Part shown: positions 38,407-49,010 of the stretch, in pieces
How the letters are laid out: each line of letters starts with the position of its first letter
Numbering within the stretch: the first letter of the stretch is position 1
DNA from: Minisyncoccota bacterium
GTDB taxonomy: Bacteria > Patescibacteriota > Minisyncoccia > Phycocordibacterales > UBA5272
Direction of reading: 5' to 3'
Length of the DNA stretch: 64,000 bases
Assembly: GCA_046350775.1 (NCBI GenBank)
Contig: JAXLZS010000001.1
Coordinates: 416,342-480,341, forward strand
Notes under the pieces: model-generated
Database searches by the model: none
What the model was told of the DNA's origin: nothing
Seen by the model: the letters and a program-made list of their open reading frames with translations, nothing else
Position numbers and translations under genes: made by a program

Positions 38407-39408
38407 TTATTTATAATTTACTGACCTGATACTGTCTATCACAGTAAAGCATTGATATCCAGCATCATGCTTTTGCCAAAAATAACTATTGATACTATTT
38501 GCCCTGTCAGAAGATAAATGAAAATGGGTGCATAATTTATAAGAAAAATATAATAAATTATCCTTTTCACTAAAAGATAATACCTGATAATCATATTTAT
38601 TTCTTGTCTCTTTATCATAAATGCTTGATTTATCATACAGATCTTCTAGCGAGTTAGGTAATTTATTATGATCTTGCATATAGGCTTGTATGGCATATTT
38701 TATGTTATTTATATCTTGCAACTTTTGCTCATCCAATTTTAAAGATCTGACTTTAGAAGGAGAGCCTGATATATTGATACTCCAGATTATGCCTGCCAAC
38801 ACTATAATGCTACTCAATACGGCTATCATCACAGGATATATTGTCTTCTTTGAATAATCTCTTTTTAAAGAATAAAAGAAATATACAAACAAAAATACAG
38901 CCAAAGCAGAAATAGCTAAAGACTTTAAAAAGAAAGCTGTATCTGTCGATCCCATCAGCCATGTATAAATAACTGTGACCAAAGTAGAAACTATGGTTAT
39001 GATAGACGACGCAAATAAAGTGTAAATAGAAGCCAGCCTAATAGAAAGATTTTTCTTGATAATATTTTTCTTTATTTCTTTTGATACTAGAAAAGCAAAA
39101 ACTAAAAACAATGGAAATACGACTATCATGATAGATATCATCAAAGCTTGATCACTAGCTAGTGAACTCGTAAAGTATTCATATTGATTTGATAATGGAT
39201 CTAAAAATTTAGCATCTATAGAATTAAATATCATGTTTAAAAAAGCTCCGATCGATATAAGAAGTGTCAAAAACATTCCGATATTTAAAACCATATCTTT
39301 ACCAGTAGAATACTCTTCTACTTCGGACTTTGTTTTTAAATTCTTTTTAATAGCAAACAAGACAATCAGTGATATTACAAAGTACCAAAAAAATCCAAAT
39401 ATATACAT
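38407..39408 (-). CDS. Multi-pass membrane protein (DUF5671-like) with pilin-like extracellular domain
   Basis: Several TMs then GSP...R....D....D...I...I..Y......LP..L...Y.Y...Y.LC..F. Confidence 0.65.
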   Translation of the reverse strand: MYIFGFFWYFVISLIVLFAIKKNLKTKSEVEEYSTGKDMVLNIGMFLTLLISIGAFLNMIFNSIDAKFLDPLSNQYEYFTSSLASDQALMISIMIVVFPLFLVFAFLVSKEIKKNIIKKNLSIRLASIYTLFASSIITIVSTLVTVIYTWLMGSTDTAFFLKSLAISALAVFLFVYFFYSLKRDYSKKTIYPVMIAVLSSIIVLAGIIWSINISGSPSKVRSLKLDEQKLQDINNIKYAIQAYMQDHNKLPNSLEDLYDKSSIYDKETRNKYDYQVLSFSEKDNLLYFSYKLCTHFHLSSDRANSINSYFWQKHDAGYQCFTVIDSIRSVNYK

Positions 39409-39503
39409 ATAATTTTTTATTATTTAATAATATCTATATTATATCGTATTTTGATCTTGTTTTTAAATAAGCCAAAAAATGCTAAAATTAAGCTATAAAA
39501 TAT

Positions 39504-40109
39504 ATGATCAGCTTATTGGCCGGTAAAGTAAAAAATATAAATGAAAAATCTTTGACCATAATGACTTTTGGTGGAGTAGGATACAAAGTCTTTACTCCTT
39601 TAAACACATTATTGTCATTGGAAGAAAATCAAGAAGTAGAAATGTTAATCTATACATCTATAAAAGAAGATGCTATGGACCTTTTTGGTTTTACAAATAA
39701 AAATGAATTATCATTATTTGAAAAATTGATCACAGTCTCAGGTATCGGACCAAAATCTGCCCTGACTATGCTATCAGTATCAAGTGTTGAACATATTGCT
39801 CTAGCTGTAGAAAATGGTGACGCCTCCCTCCTCTCCGGAATACCAGGAGTTGGTAGGAAAAGTTGTGAGAAAATAATAATCGAGCTAAAAGGTAAACTTT
39901 CACAATTTATAAAATCTAATAAAGATGAAAAAAATGCTGATCAGTATTTACAAGAAGAAAATGACGCTCGCCTCGCACTCACCTCTTTAGGGTACAACGA
40001 AAAGGACATAAATTCATCTATAAAAGAAATAAAAGATAAAATACCAGACAAATTTAAAAATATGAAAGCTAACGAAATAATAAAAGAAGCTTTAAAAAAT
40101 TTAAGATAA
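39504..40109 (+). CDS. ruvA: Holliday junction branch migration protein RuvA
   Basis: GGVGY, LFGF, VSGIGPKSA, IPGVGRK, ALTSLGY. Confidence 0.96.
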   Translation: MISLLAGKVKNINEKSLTIMTFGGVGYKVFTPLNTLLSLEENQEVEMLIYTSIKEDAMDLFGFTNKNELSLFEKLITVSGIGPKSALTMLSVSSVEHIALAVENGDASLLSGIPGVGRKSCEKIIIELKGKLSQFIKSNKDEKNADQYLQEENDARLALTSLGYNEKDINSSIKEIKDKIPDKFKNMKANEIIKEALKNLR

Positions 40110-40112
40110 ACT

Positions 40113-41012
40113 ATGCCAGAATTACCAGAAGTAGAAGCCTTACGACTCGGACTAGAGAAAAAGATAATAGGTAGCAAAATATTAGATTGTAAAATTTTAA
40201 AACCAAAAATAGTCTCAGGAAAAAGTACAAATCGAAAAGTTAAAAAAAATACAGTCTTAGATTTTATAGAAAATATAAAAAATAAAAAAATCTCAAAGAT
40301 TGAGAGAGTGGCAAAAAATCTAATAGTCGAATTGTCTGATAAAAGTGTATTAGTTATCCATCTAAAAATGACTGGCCAACTCGTCTTTGTTGGAAATAAA
40401 AAAGAAAAAGTCCTGGGAGGCCATCCGATAACTGATAGCTACATAAACTCTCTACCAAACAAACACACATGTATAATTTTTAAACTAGACAATGGTGAGC
40501 TTTTTTATAATGATGTACGCATGTTTGGCTATGTACTTTTTTATAAAAATCTAGATACAGCTAAAAATTCTGGGCACTTTTCCAAGATAGGGCTAGAGCC
40601 TTTTAGTAAAGATTTTACTCTCGCCTACTTTAAAAAAGAGATGAAAAATAAAAACAAAAATATTAAAAGCATACTCCTAGATCAATCTATAGTAAATGGT
40701 GCTGGGAATATTTATAGTGATGAGATTTGCTTTGCGTCCAAAGTTTTACCAAGTAGAATTTGTAAGACTTTAGACGATAAAGAGATGTCTGCTATTTATA
40801 AAAATACAAAAAAGATTTTAGATCTAGCCATCAAGCATGGCGGATCATCTATCTCAGACTATCTATTAGCTGACGGCAGTCGTGGAAATTATGCGAGACT
40901 TCACAAAGTCTACGGTAGATCTGGTAAGAAATGTTTAGTTTGTAAAAATATATTACAAAAAGAAAAAATTGCTGGCAGAACTACAGTCTTTTGCTCACAC
41001 TGCCAAAAATAA
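40113..41012 (+). CDS. mutM: Formamidopyrimidine-DNA glycosylase
   Basis: MPELPEVE, HLKMTG, GNIYSDE, C-terminal zinc finger. Confidence 0.96.
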   Translation: MPELPEVEALRLGLEKKIIGSKILDCKILKPKIVSGKSTNRKVKKNTVLDFIENIKNKKISKIERVAKNLIVELSDKSVLVIHLKMTGQLVFVGNKKEKVLGGHPITDSYINSLPNKHTCIIFKLDNGELFYNDVRMFGYVLFYKNLDTAKNSGHFSKIGLEPFSKDFTLAYFKKEMKNKNKNIKSILLDQSIVNGAGNIYSDEICFASKVLPSRICKTLDDKEMSAIYKNTKKILDLAIKHGGSSISDYLLADGSRGNYARLHKVYGRSGKKCLVCKNILQKEKIAGRTTVFCSHCQK

Positions 41013-41014
41013 AA

Positions 41015-41293
41015 TTAATTTTGCACTTCTATCGTATTAGTTCCTGGACTGTTACTAAAAGTTTTTTTGTCTAAATTGTTTTTAATAGACCCGTCTATTT
41101 CTTTTGCTGTATCTATTGGAAGAATCTCTTTGACTCCTGTCTGGAGATCAATATTTGAGCCATTTATAGTATTAGTATCATAATCATACTTAACATATGG
41201 TTTTATAGACTCTGTTCTCTGTGGACCGCCAGTAAAATACCAAACCAACCATATCACCCAAAACCCAGCAAATATTTTCCAAAATGTAGACAT
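41015..41293 (-). CDS. Small membrane-anchored hypothetical protein
   Basis: WLVWYFTGGPQR. Confidence 0.7.
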   Translation of the reverse strand: MSTFWKIFAGFWVIWLVWYFTGGPQRTESIKPYVKYDYDTNTINGSNIDLQTGVKEILPIDTAKEIDGSIKNNLDKKTFSNSPGTNTIEVQN

Positions 41294-41335
41294 GTTAGTT
41301 ATAACTTTATTTATAAAATTATAACATGAACTTTG

Positions 41336-41408
41336 TGCCCCCAGCAGGAATCGAACCTGCGACCTTCTGCTTAAAAGGCAGCTGCTCTACCGACTGAGCT
41401 ATAGGGGC
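41336..41408 (-). tRNA. tRNA-Lys (TTT)
   Basis: GCCCCTA/TGGGGGC-A, loop CT-TTT-AA. Confidence 0.95.
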
Positions 41409-41589
41409 AAAAAATGTGTGAACTTTGCAGTGATATCCGCTCTTTAGATTTTCCTCGCTTCTGAGAAATTTCTGAGTCCACACATAGAAATATATGATAC
41501 CAAATTTTTCTAAAAAAGTCTATAAAAACAAAAAGAGCTAAAAGCTCCTTTTATTTTTAGAGATTGGTTTTTATATATTATTAAAGTAT

Positions 41590-41982
41590 TTATCTTCTTA
41601 TAAATGTAAATCCAAGATTGATTGACATTCCACCATTATATCCATACCCAGATGCATAGCCACCATAATAAGGATAAGAGTATGAGCCATAATTATATGG
41701 CTGAGAATATGAATAACAATTATAACTACAACCATAAGAATTATAACTGTTGTAATTATTATAACCACTTCCCCATGTTGTAGGATATGTAGTACCCCAA
41801 GTCACAGGATAAGATGTGCCCCAAGTAGTTGGATAGCTTGTGCCCCAAGTTGATCCATTACCATACCAATTATAAAGATCATTACAATATGAAGTGCCAT
41901 AACACATAGCACTGGCTTTTAAAGATGAGATTCCTACAAAAGCTACTGTAAATATAAACATTGTAAATAAAGCTTTTTTCAT
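41590..41982 (-). CDS. Secreted Tyr/Gly/Ser-rich low-complexity protein with WGT(S/T)YPxT repeats
   Basis: Signal peptide ...ASA; three tandem 8-aa repeats plus a partial fourth. Confidence 0.75.
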   Translation of the reverse strand: MKKALFTMFIFTVAFVGISSLKASAMCYGTSYCNDLYNWYGNGSTWGTSYPTTWGTSYPVTWGTTYPTTWGSGYNNYNSYNSYGCSYNCYSYSQPYNYGSYSYPYYGGYASGYGYNGGMSINLGFTFIRR

Positions 41983-42096
41983 ATATTTTTGACTAATAAT
42001 TTTAATAAAAACCTATTAATATATATATTATATTCCTTTATTTTAGACTTGTCAAGATATAAAATAGATTGTCTAATAACGTCTTATTAAATAAGA

Positions 42097-42825
42097 TTAA
42101 ATACTTAAAATAAACTTTTCTATTTCTCGCATGAGATTTGTCTCGCCATTGTTAGCTCTCATAGCCATAAGAGACAATTCAAAACCAAATTTTTCTAATT
42201 CTTCTTTACTATATCTTATTTCCCTGTCAGACAATCTCCAAATTTTAAAATAATTAAATTTGTTACCATCGATAGATGCAGACCAGATATTTTTCCATTT
42301 CCACCAGATAGCCCCATGAAGAGCTTGGGCCTCACTATCCCCCCATTCCAAATAAATCTTTTCCCATTCTTGCCAAGCTAGCTTTTTGTTTCTCTTTTCT
42401 ATCAATTCACAAAGATAAAAAGGCTCGATATCTTTTTCAATTTTTTCTTCTTTTGCGTCAAAAATATTTTTAAGCAAATCTTTCTTTTCCATATCTCGAT
42501 AAAGCTTTTGAAAAGATGGACCAGAAATAAAAGGCTCGTCTAAGATAAAAACATTTTCACTCTTTATAAAGTTTTCAAAATTATCATAAAAATATTCTCT
42601 AGACTCTTCTCTTCCAAAAAGATCTTCAATATTTATCAAAATCTTTTCTCCAAAAAGAGAAACCGATCCAAAATAATTTTGTAATAAAGTATAATTTTCT
42701 TTATTTATTTTTGGCACAGATAAAAGCTCTGCAAGATTTATCTTTTGCTTTTTTAAATCTTGCTCTATTTTAGATCTTGCATTTTCTCTTTTTTTAAAAT
42801 CAGTACCACAAATTATATAAAGCAT
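42097..42825 (-). CDS. DNA polymerase III delta (HolA)-like protein
   Basis: MLYIICGTD, SLFGEK, C-terminal EKFIL; operonic with polA. Confidence 0.65.
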   Translation of the reverse strand: MLYIICGTDFKKRENARSKIEQDLKKQKINLAELLSVPKINKENYTLLQNYFGSVSLFGEKILINIEDLFGREESREYFYDNFENFIKSENVFILDEPFISGPSFQKLYRDMEKKDLLKNIFDAKEEKIEKDIEPFYLCELIEKRNKKLAWQEWEKIYLEWGDSEAQALHGAIWWKWKNIWSASIDGNKFNYFKIWRLSDREIRYSKEELEKFGFELSLMAMRANNGETNLMREIEKFILSI

Positions 42826-42829
42826 AATT

Positions 42830-45316
42830 TTATTTTAATTCATATAAATTATCACCTATCTTTGAATCACATCTTATTGAAACTTTTTCAATGGCTGTAT
42901 CAGATAAAAACATATCTTGCCAATCCTTATCGTGATATCTATTTGACAAGACACTTTCTAAAATATTTTTAATATTATCTTTTTCTTTATTTACTATTTC
43001 TTGATCAATTTCCAAAATCAATTCATCATGAATTTGAAGTAGTATCTTTATTTTATTTTCTAAATTATTTTTAGCAATATATTCATCTATATCTATCATG
43101 GCCAATTTTAATATGTCTGCTGTAGTACCTTGAATTGGAGCGTTGATAGCTATCCTTTCTCCTTGAGCAAGTAAGAATGGAAGCTTTGATTTTAGTAGTG
43201 GTATTTGTCTTCTTCTTTTTAAGATAGTCTCTGTGTAATTTTTACTTTTAGCTTCTACTTTTACTCTTTCAAGATAATCCATCAAAACAGAAAATGTCAC
43301 TTTGTATTGATCGTAAAATTCTTGAGCCTCTTTCCTTTCCACTCCCATAGAATCTTTTAATGCGGACACGCCCATACCATAAAGTATTCCAAAGTTTATA
43401 ACTTTAGCTTTTCTGCGCATATCACTTGTGACTTTATCTTCTTCGACATTAAATACTCTAGCAGCCACAGCGGTGTGTACATCATTACTACCAGATAATA
43501 TTTCTAGCAAATTTGGATCTTTTGATAATATTGCGGCACTACGAAGATCAATCTGAGAATAATCAAAAGAAATTAATTTAGTATTTTTTTCGGCAATAAA
43601 AGCTTTGCGCACCAAAAGCCCCTCTCCACTTTTAGCTGGAAGATTTTGCAAATTTGGATTTTCACTTGAAAATCTGCCAGTCGCTGCCCCTGTTTGTATA
43701 AAGTCAGAATGTATTTTTCCATCACTTTCTACAAAATCACCTAATGTGTCTATATATGTAGAAAGCAGTTTGCTTGTCTCGCGATATTCTAATATATCGC
43801 CGATTATTGGATGACTAGATTTTAATTTTTCCAGTTGGGCAGCATTGGTAGAAAGTGCTCCACCCGCAGTCTTTTTTATTTTCTGTCCAAGCTTTAATTT
43901 TTCATAGAGTATGACCCCTAACTGCTTTGGTGAAGAGATGTTAAATTCCTCTTCTGCATGCTCGTAGATTTTTTGCTCTACAGCCTTTAATTTTTCATGT
44001 AAATACTTGCTTTGCTCTAAAAGAATATCTTTATCAAGACGAATACCATTTAGCTTCATCTTTTTTAAGATTTTTATTATAGGCTCTTCGACTAATTCAT
44101 ACAATTTAAAAAGATTTTCTTTTTTAAGATTTTCAATTAAAATTTCTTCTGCTTCTTTTAAATTATTCGCTTCTGTGAAATCTAAAATAGTCTCAAGACT
44201 TGGATTAGTCAATTCGCTATTTAAAAGATTGACCATGACTTTTAATTTTAAAAATAAATCATTATCTGAAACAATTGCTTCTTTTGAAGTATTTTCTTGT
44301 ATTTCTTCTTCACCTTTTTCATTGAGATCAAGGCCTCCGATATTTAAATCTTGATTATTGTTTTCTTTTCCACTTTCATTTTTTCTAAAAATATTTTTAA
44401 AACTTCTAAATTCAAACTCTTGGCAGATTTTCACAAATTCTGTATCATCAAAATTTTCTAACCACTCTTTTTTTGGTAATTTAAAATTAATCGGAGCATC
44501 TTTTATGATGGTCGCTATAGTTTTTGAAAAGAGAGCCTCTTCTTCTCCTTCTATTATTAAATTAATTATTCTATCTGTGATCTTATTTTCTTTTTTCGAT
44601 TTACAGATTTTTATAAATTCTTCTTTGTCTTTATGTATAATCTCATACATTTTTTCAATGCTTCCAAAAAGATTTATAAGTACAGTGGCTGTCTTTTCGC
44701 CGATACCCTTTATACCGACAATATTATCAGATGAGTCACCCCTTAGACCTTTGTAGTCAGGTATCTGATCTGGAGTAAAACCATATCTTTTTATCACATC
44801 TTCATATTTATACACTATTGTCTCTCCAAGACCTTTTTTGAGGGTATAAACTTTTACATGATTACCTTTGTCTATGAGCTGCATAGTATCCATATCTCCA
44901 GAAGCGATGAAAACTTCTAACTCATCATCACCTATAGTAAAATTTTCTTTTGTCAGTTCTTCTACTATTGTGCCTAAAAGATCATCGGCCTCATAGCCAG
45001 CTAGAGAATAAACTGGAATATTGAGAGCCTCACAGATTTTTGGTGCCAATACTATCTGAGAAATAAGATCATCATCTGACTTTGCTCTGTGAGCTTTATA
45101 ATTTTCATAAGCTTCATGACGAAATGTCGCCTCTTTTCTATCAAAGCAGGCTATGACATAGTCTGGCTTTAATTCTTCTTTTATCTTTAGTATCATTTTC
45201 ACAAAACCAAAAAGTGCGCCAGTCGGTCTACCATCATAAGTAGAAAAACCTACCATAGCATGATAAGCTCTATGGAGTAATGCGTGTGAATCTAGCAAGA
45301 CCAATCTTTTCTTCAT
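42830..45316 (-). CDS. polA: DNA polymerase I
   Basis: LLD..L..RAYHA, YEADD, GDSSDNI.GIKGIG, TGRFSS..PNLQN, DYSQI, LQIHDEL. Confidence 0.97.
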   Translation of the reverse strand: MKKRLVLLDSHALLHRAYHAMVGFSTYDGRPTGALFGFVKMILKIKEELKPDYVIACFDRKEATFRHEAYENYKAHRAKSDDDLISQIVLAPKICEALNIPVYSLAGYEADDLLGTIVEELTKENFTIGDDELEVFIASGDMDTMQLIDKGNHVKVYTLKKGLGETIVYKYEDVIKRYGFTPDQIPDYKGLRGDSSDNIVGIKGIGEKTATVLINLFGSIEKMYEIIHKDKEEFIKICKSKKENKITDRIINLIIEGEEEALFSKTIATIIKDAPINFKLPKKEWLENFDDTEFVKICQEFEFRSFKNIFRKNESGKENNNQDLNIGGLDLNEKGEEEIQENTSKEAIVSDNDLFLKLKVMVNLLNSELTNPSLETILDFTEANNLKEAEEILIENLKKENLFKLYELVEEPIIKILKKMKLNGIRLDKDILLEQSKYLHEKLKAVEQKIYEHAEEEFNISSPKQLGVILYEKLKLGQKIKKTAGGALSTNAAQLEKLKSSHPIIGDILEYRETSKLLSTYIDTLGDFVESDGKIHSDFIQTGAATGRFSSENPNLQNLPAKSGEGLLVRKAFIAEKNTKLISFDYSQIDLRSAAILSKDPNLLEILSGSNDVHTAVAARVFNVEEDKVTSDMRRKAKVINFGILYGMGVSALKDSMGVERKEAQEFYDQYKVTFSVLMDYLERVKVEAKSKNYTETILKRRRQIPLLKSKLPFLLAQGERIAINAPIQGTTADILKLAMIDIDEYIAKNNLENKIKILLQIHDELILEIDQEIVNKEKDNIKNILESVLSNRYHDKDWQDMFLSDTAIEKVSIRCDSKIGDNLYELK

Positions 45317-45332
45317 GCTTATATTTTAGCAT

Positions 45333-45776
45333 TTATGAAAAATTTACAGAAATGTCTCTTTCCTCCTCATTTGCATGCTTAAAATCTATACTTATATCAG
45401 GGTTTAAATTATAATAAGATACAAATCTTTCTGGCCATTCTATCAAGATTACTTTATTTTTTTCTTGAAGCTCTTTGTCGAGCTCAAGTGCTGCGCCCTC
45501 TTCTATCTTTTCAAATCTGTATCCATCAATATGGATCAATTTACCATCAGCATAATCTTTTCTTAAAATAAAAGTTGGGGAAATAATTGTCTCACTAATA
45601 TCTAAAATCTTTGCTAAAGATTTTGTAAATGTTGTTTTACCTGCACCAAGATCTCCATTTAAAAATATCACACAAGCTCTATCTTGTCTTTTAAAAAAAG
45701 CAGAAATCAAATCAGATACTTCTCTGGCTACATTATCCAGATCTTCTAATTTTACATTTTTAAATTCTTTAATCAT
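45333..45776 (-). CDS. tsaE: t6A biosynthesis ATPase TsaE
   Basis: GDLGAGKTTF, SPTF, HIDGYR, IEWP; start at ATG 45776. Confidence 0.93.
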   Translation of the reverse strand: MIKEFKNVKLEDLDNVAREVSDLISAFFKRQDRACVIFLNGDLGAGKTTFTKSLAKILDISETIISPTFILRKDYADGKLIHIDGYRFEKIEEGAALELDKELQEKNKVILIEWPERFVSYYNLNPDISIDFKHANEEERDISVNFS

Positions 45777-45852
45777 AAAAATATGATAACAAAAAAATAG
45801 TAAAAATAAAAACAATCTCATATTTTATGAGATTGTTTTTAAATTTTAATTT

Positions 45853-47682
45853 TTATGCTATGTGATGATGAATAGCATGCTCCTCTTTTTCTTTTTTTCT
45901 ATCTTTTATCCACTTGTTAATATTCATGACGAGGACAATTATAATCAAAATTATCGCAAATAATACCAACCAACCAAGCAATGTTTGTGGGAATAATATC
46001 GAAGCGAGAGATGATGACTTACCATTTGAATCTGTGCTCTTTGTACCATCAGCACTGACTACATTTGCCACCATGTATGAAGACACTTCATCTTTAACTA
46101 CTGTAGATCCTGTCACAGGCAAATTGTAAGATACATAGACTGTAGTCATGATAGCTTTGCCGATCTGTGCGTCATTTGCGACTTTAGCAGGAAGAATAAA
46201 TGTCTTTACCTCTTTAGCATTCAGATTTCCAATTGGTACAGTCATGATATTTTCTTTTATTGTTATACCACCTGTTGTAGTAGCATCCACAAATGACATT
46301 TCTGTTGGTAATACTATCTTTTCTTCTACACCGGTCACGGCTGTATCTGCATTATTTGTGATAGTAATCCTATAATTTACAATTTTTCCTTGTACCAGAT
46401 CTGGATTATTTCTTTCTATATTTATAGAGATAAGTTTACCACCAGAGTTGATAGTGTCTGCTACCAAGACTGTCCTAGCTACCGCTAATGATCCATCAGA
46501 ACAGACAAACTCTGTTTTAGTTTTTGGCTTTACTGTAGGCTTTTTAGTTGGAGTAGCGTAGACGACTTTTTTATCCTTAATAGTAGTAAAAGATACTATT
46601 TTTCCTTTGTATGTACCATCAGCATTAGACATCACAGCTCTACAATAATAAGTAGTGCCCGGCTTTAATCCTGTGATGAGATTTGAAAAATTAGAAGTCT
46701 CATCTGATCCAATATTAGCTGAATTTGTAGTATTTCCAAGGTTTACTGTAGTACCGTACTCAAACCATCCAACAGAAGACATTTTGCTTGATATTAAAGC
46801 TGTACCATTACAGACGGCTGATGTTGCGCCTACTTGAGTAGCGAGATTTGTCACTACAGAGTGAGTCCTAATCTCTACATTTTTTATTATGACAGTAGTG
46901 ATAGTCTTCACCGGACAAGTCTGAGAAACAGGTATAACTGTACCATTCCAGCAGGTCTGATATTGAGGAGGACATTGTTGATTAGCTAACACAGTTGCGC
47001 CATTCCAACATACTTGATACTGATTTGGACATGTCTGATTGATAGGAATAGATACTCCGTTTGGACAAGTTTGATATTGGATTTTACAAAGATTGTTGTA
47101 ATCTGATTGTGATAAATACCAATTTCCATTGTACGCACAGTAGAATTTTGGACAAGACTGGGTCATTGGTATCACGTCTCCATTTTGGCATGTCTGAGTT
47201 TGTACTGGACATTGAGATAAATTATATACCCATGTTCCATTCCAACATTGATATGATGGTTGCTGTGGTTGAGTTGGGTATGTTGGATAGTTGTAGATTG
47301 GATAATTATAAGATGGTTGAGTATATGTCGTAGGATAATTGTATACAGGCGTTATGTATGGTGTAGGAGTATAAGGCTGATAGGTCATTGTGCTTGATGT
47401 AGGGCACTCTGATTGAGAATATAAATATTGATGATATCCATCTGGACACCAATTATATTGAACTTGTTGCTGTGGTTGTGGTTGTTGAGTAGAAGGACAC
47501 TCTGATTGGCTATAGTAATACTGATGAACTCCGTCTGGACACCAATAAACACAGCTTGGACAATCGCCGTTTGTATTGTTCCAAGAATTATCCCATTGAG
47601 CAAAAGAATGCTTTATAAAATTTTGATTACTTGCAAACAAAACTATTGCTACTAAAATTATACCTAATAATATTTTTTTCAT
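45853..47682 (-). CDS. Cell-surface protein: Cys-rich CPDG/CWNG..CP repeats, FN3-like and DUF11-like domains, C-terminal TM
   Basis: Signal peptide; repeated C(P/W)xG...CP units; WFEYGTT...LKPGTTYYCRA; TM plus basic tail. Confidence 0.8.
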   Translation of the reverse strand: MKKILLGIILVAIVLFASNQNFIKHSFAQWDNSWNNTNGDCPSCVYWCPDGVHQYYYSQSECPSTQQPQPQQQVQYNWCPDGYHQYLYSQSECPTSSTMTYQPYTPTPYITPVYNYPTTYTQPSYNYPIYNYPTYPTQPQQPSYQCWNGTWVYNLSQCPVQTQTCQNGDVIPMTQSCPKFYCAYNGNWYLSQSDYNNLCKIQYQTCPNGVSIPINQTCPNQYQVCWNGATVLANQQCPPQYQTCWNGTVIPVSQTCPVKTITTVIIKNVEIRTHSVVTNLATQVGATSAVCNGTALISSKMSSVGWFEYGTTVNLGNTTNSANIGSDETSNFSNLITGLKPGTTYYCRAVMSNADGTYKGKIVSFTTIKDKKVVYATPTKKPTVKPKTKTEFVCSDGSLAVARTVLVADTINSGGKLISINIERNNPDLVQGKIVNYRITITNNADTAVTGVEEKIVLPTEMSFVDATTTGGITIKENIMTVPIGNLNAKEVKTFILPAKVANDAQIGKAIMTTVYVSYNLPVTGSTVVKDEVSSYMVANVVSADGTKSTDSNGKSSSLASILFPQTLLGWLVLFAIILIIIVLVMNINKWIKDRKKEKEEHAIHHHIA

Positions 47683-47775
47683 ATTTTTAATAAAATAACC
47701 TTATAATAATTAAACTAATTATATATAGATATAAACATATTGTCAAGTTTATATCTACCTTTACCTATTTATTTT

Positions 47776-48993
47776 CTACCCATTATCGTAGGTAGAACCT
47801 GGGGTTGTATTAGGAGGACAAATTGTATGATTCACTACCCAAGGATTTACACATGGACCTGTAGCAACAATTCTTCCGTTGACGTCAACTATTACTAGGG
47901 TACCTTTTTTAATTATGACCAACCGTGCATATTCTAAACCATCTTTGACACTAAATTTTGAGACTACCAGATTATCAAATTTTAATTTTTCTAGTCTTTC
48001 TCCTGGCCTGAGAGGCATCCTCGTATCATAAGCATCTCTTCCTAACTCAATATTTCTCTGTCTCCAAAAAGAACTATTAACACCTTTAAACTCGTCTTTT
48101 ACTTCATGATATTTAAAAAATTTAGGACCCTTATTATAATTTTTCATAGCCAGAGTACTGTCAGCATTGCGTAATCTCCAAGCATCTTCCGCACTATAAA
48201 ATTCAAAATTATCAATCTTTGGTCCTGTGTATTCTGGCCCTCCATCTAGATTGTTTTTTTTATTTTCAGATTTTTTTTTATTTAAATCTTCAGTATATTT
48301 TAAATTAGGATCTTGAATCAACTTGCCATGTTCATCTACATAGATAGTATCTGGCGTGACGGCCACTTTGGCAGTGTCATATAGGGCTGTATTGTTTTTT
48401 TTATTTTCGGTTTCATTATTATCATGATTAAAATCTTTACTGTGATCGTTTTTGTATTTATCATAAGATATTTCAGTCTCGTGTCTATCCTTATGATCAC
48501 CTCCTTTAAAAGAGGACCATCCAGCAAAAAGTCCTAAAGATACTAATGCTGCCGTGACTGCTCTTCTCGCTTTAGTTGGCACATCTTCAAGATAAGCACG
48601 ATAACCCTTATGTACAACATTTATTTTTCGATTTCGAATTTGCTCTTCGTTGTTTCTTACAAACTGAACATGCTCTTTTGTTTTAATATGATCGTTTTTA
48701 TCTTTATGCTTTTTACTTCTTATAGCAACTAAAATTGCTACAGCTTTATCAATATTTTGTATTTCAAGATCTGTTGCCGCCAAAAGATTTGTATATTCTT
48801 TTATCTTTTGAGTGTCAGTCGTTGGCGTCTCTCTTAATTTGGCATTGATTTCATCCTTTGTCTTAATTAAATTCTGTTTTCTTTTTTCTTCTTTTTTTAT
48901 TCCTTTATCTATTTTAGAATATTCGCTACCTGATTTTTCAGCAGCCTTTTTCTCTCTTATTATATCTTTATGGAAAGCTTTAAATCTTGGCAT
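47776..48993 (-). CDS. Hypothetical protein, charged N-terminus then internal hydrophobic segment
   Basis: RRAVTAALVSLGLFAG at about aa 143-160. Confidence 0.7.
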   Translation of the reverse strand: MPRFKAFHKDIIREKKAAEKSGSEYSKIDKGIKKEEKRKQNLIKTKDEINAKLRETPTTDTQKIKEYTNLLAATDLEIQNIDKAVAILVAIRSKKHKDKNDHIKTKEHVQFVRNNEEQIRNRKINVVHKGYRAYLEDVPTKARRAVTAALVSLGLFAGWSSFKGGDHKDRHETEISYDKYKNDHSKDFNHDNNETENKKNNTALYDTAKVAVTPDTIYVDEHGKLIQDPNLKYTEDLNKKKSENKKNNLDGGPEYTGPKIDNFEFYSAEDAWRLRNADSTLAMKNYNKGPKFFKYHEVKDEFKGVNSSFWRQRNIELGRDAYDTRMPLRPGERLEKLKFDNLVVSKFSVKDGLEYARLVIIKKGTLVIVDVNGRIVATGPCVNPWVVNHTICPPNTTPGSTYDNG

Positions 48994-49010
48994 GATATTA
49001 GATTTAAAAA

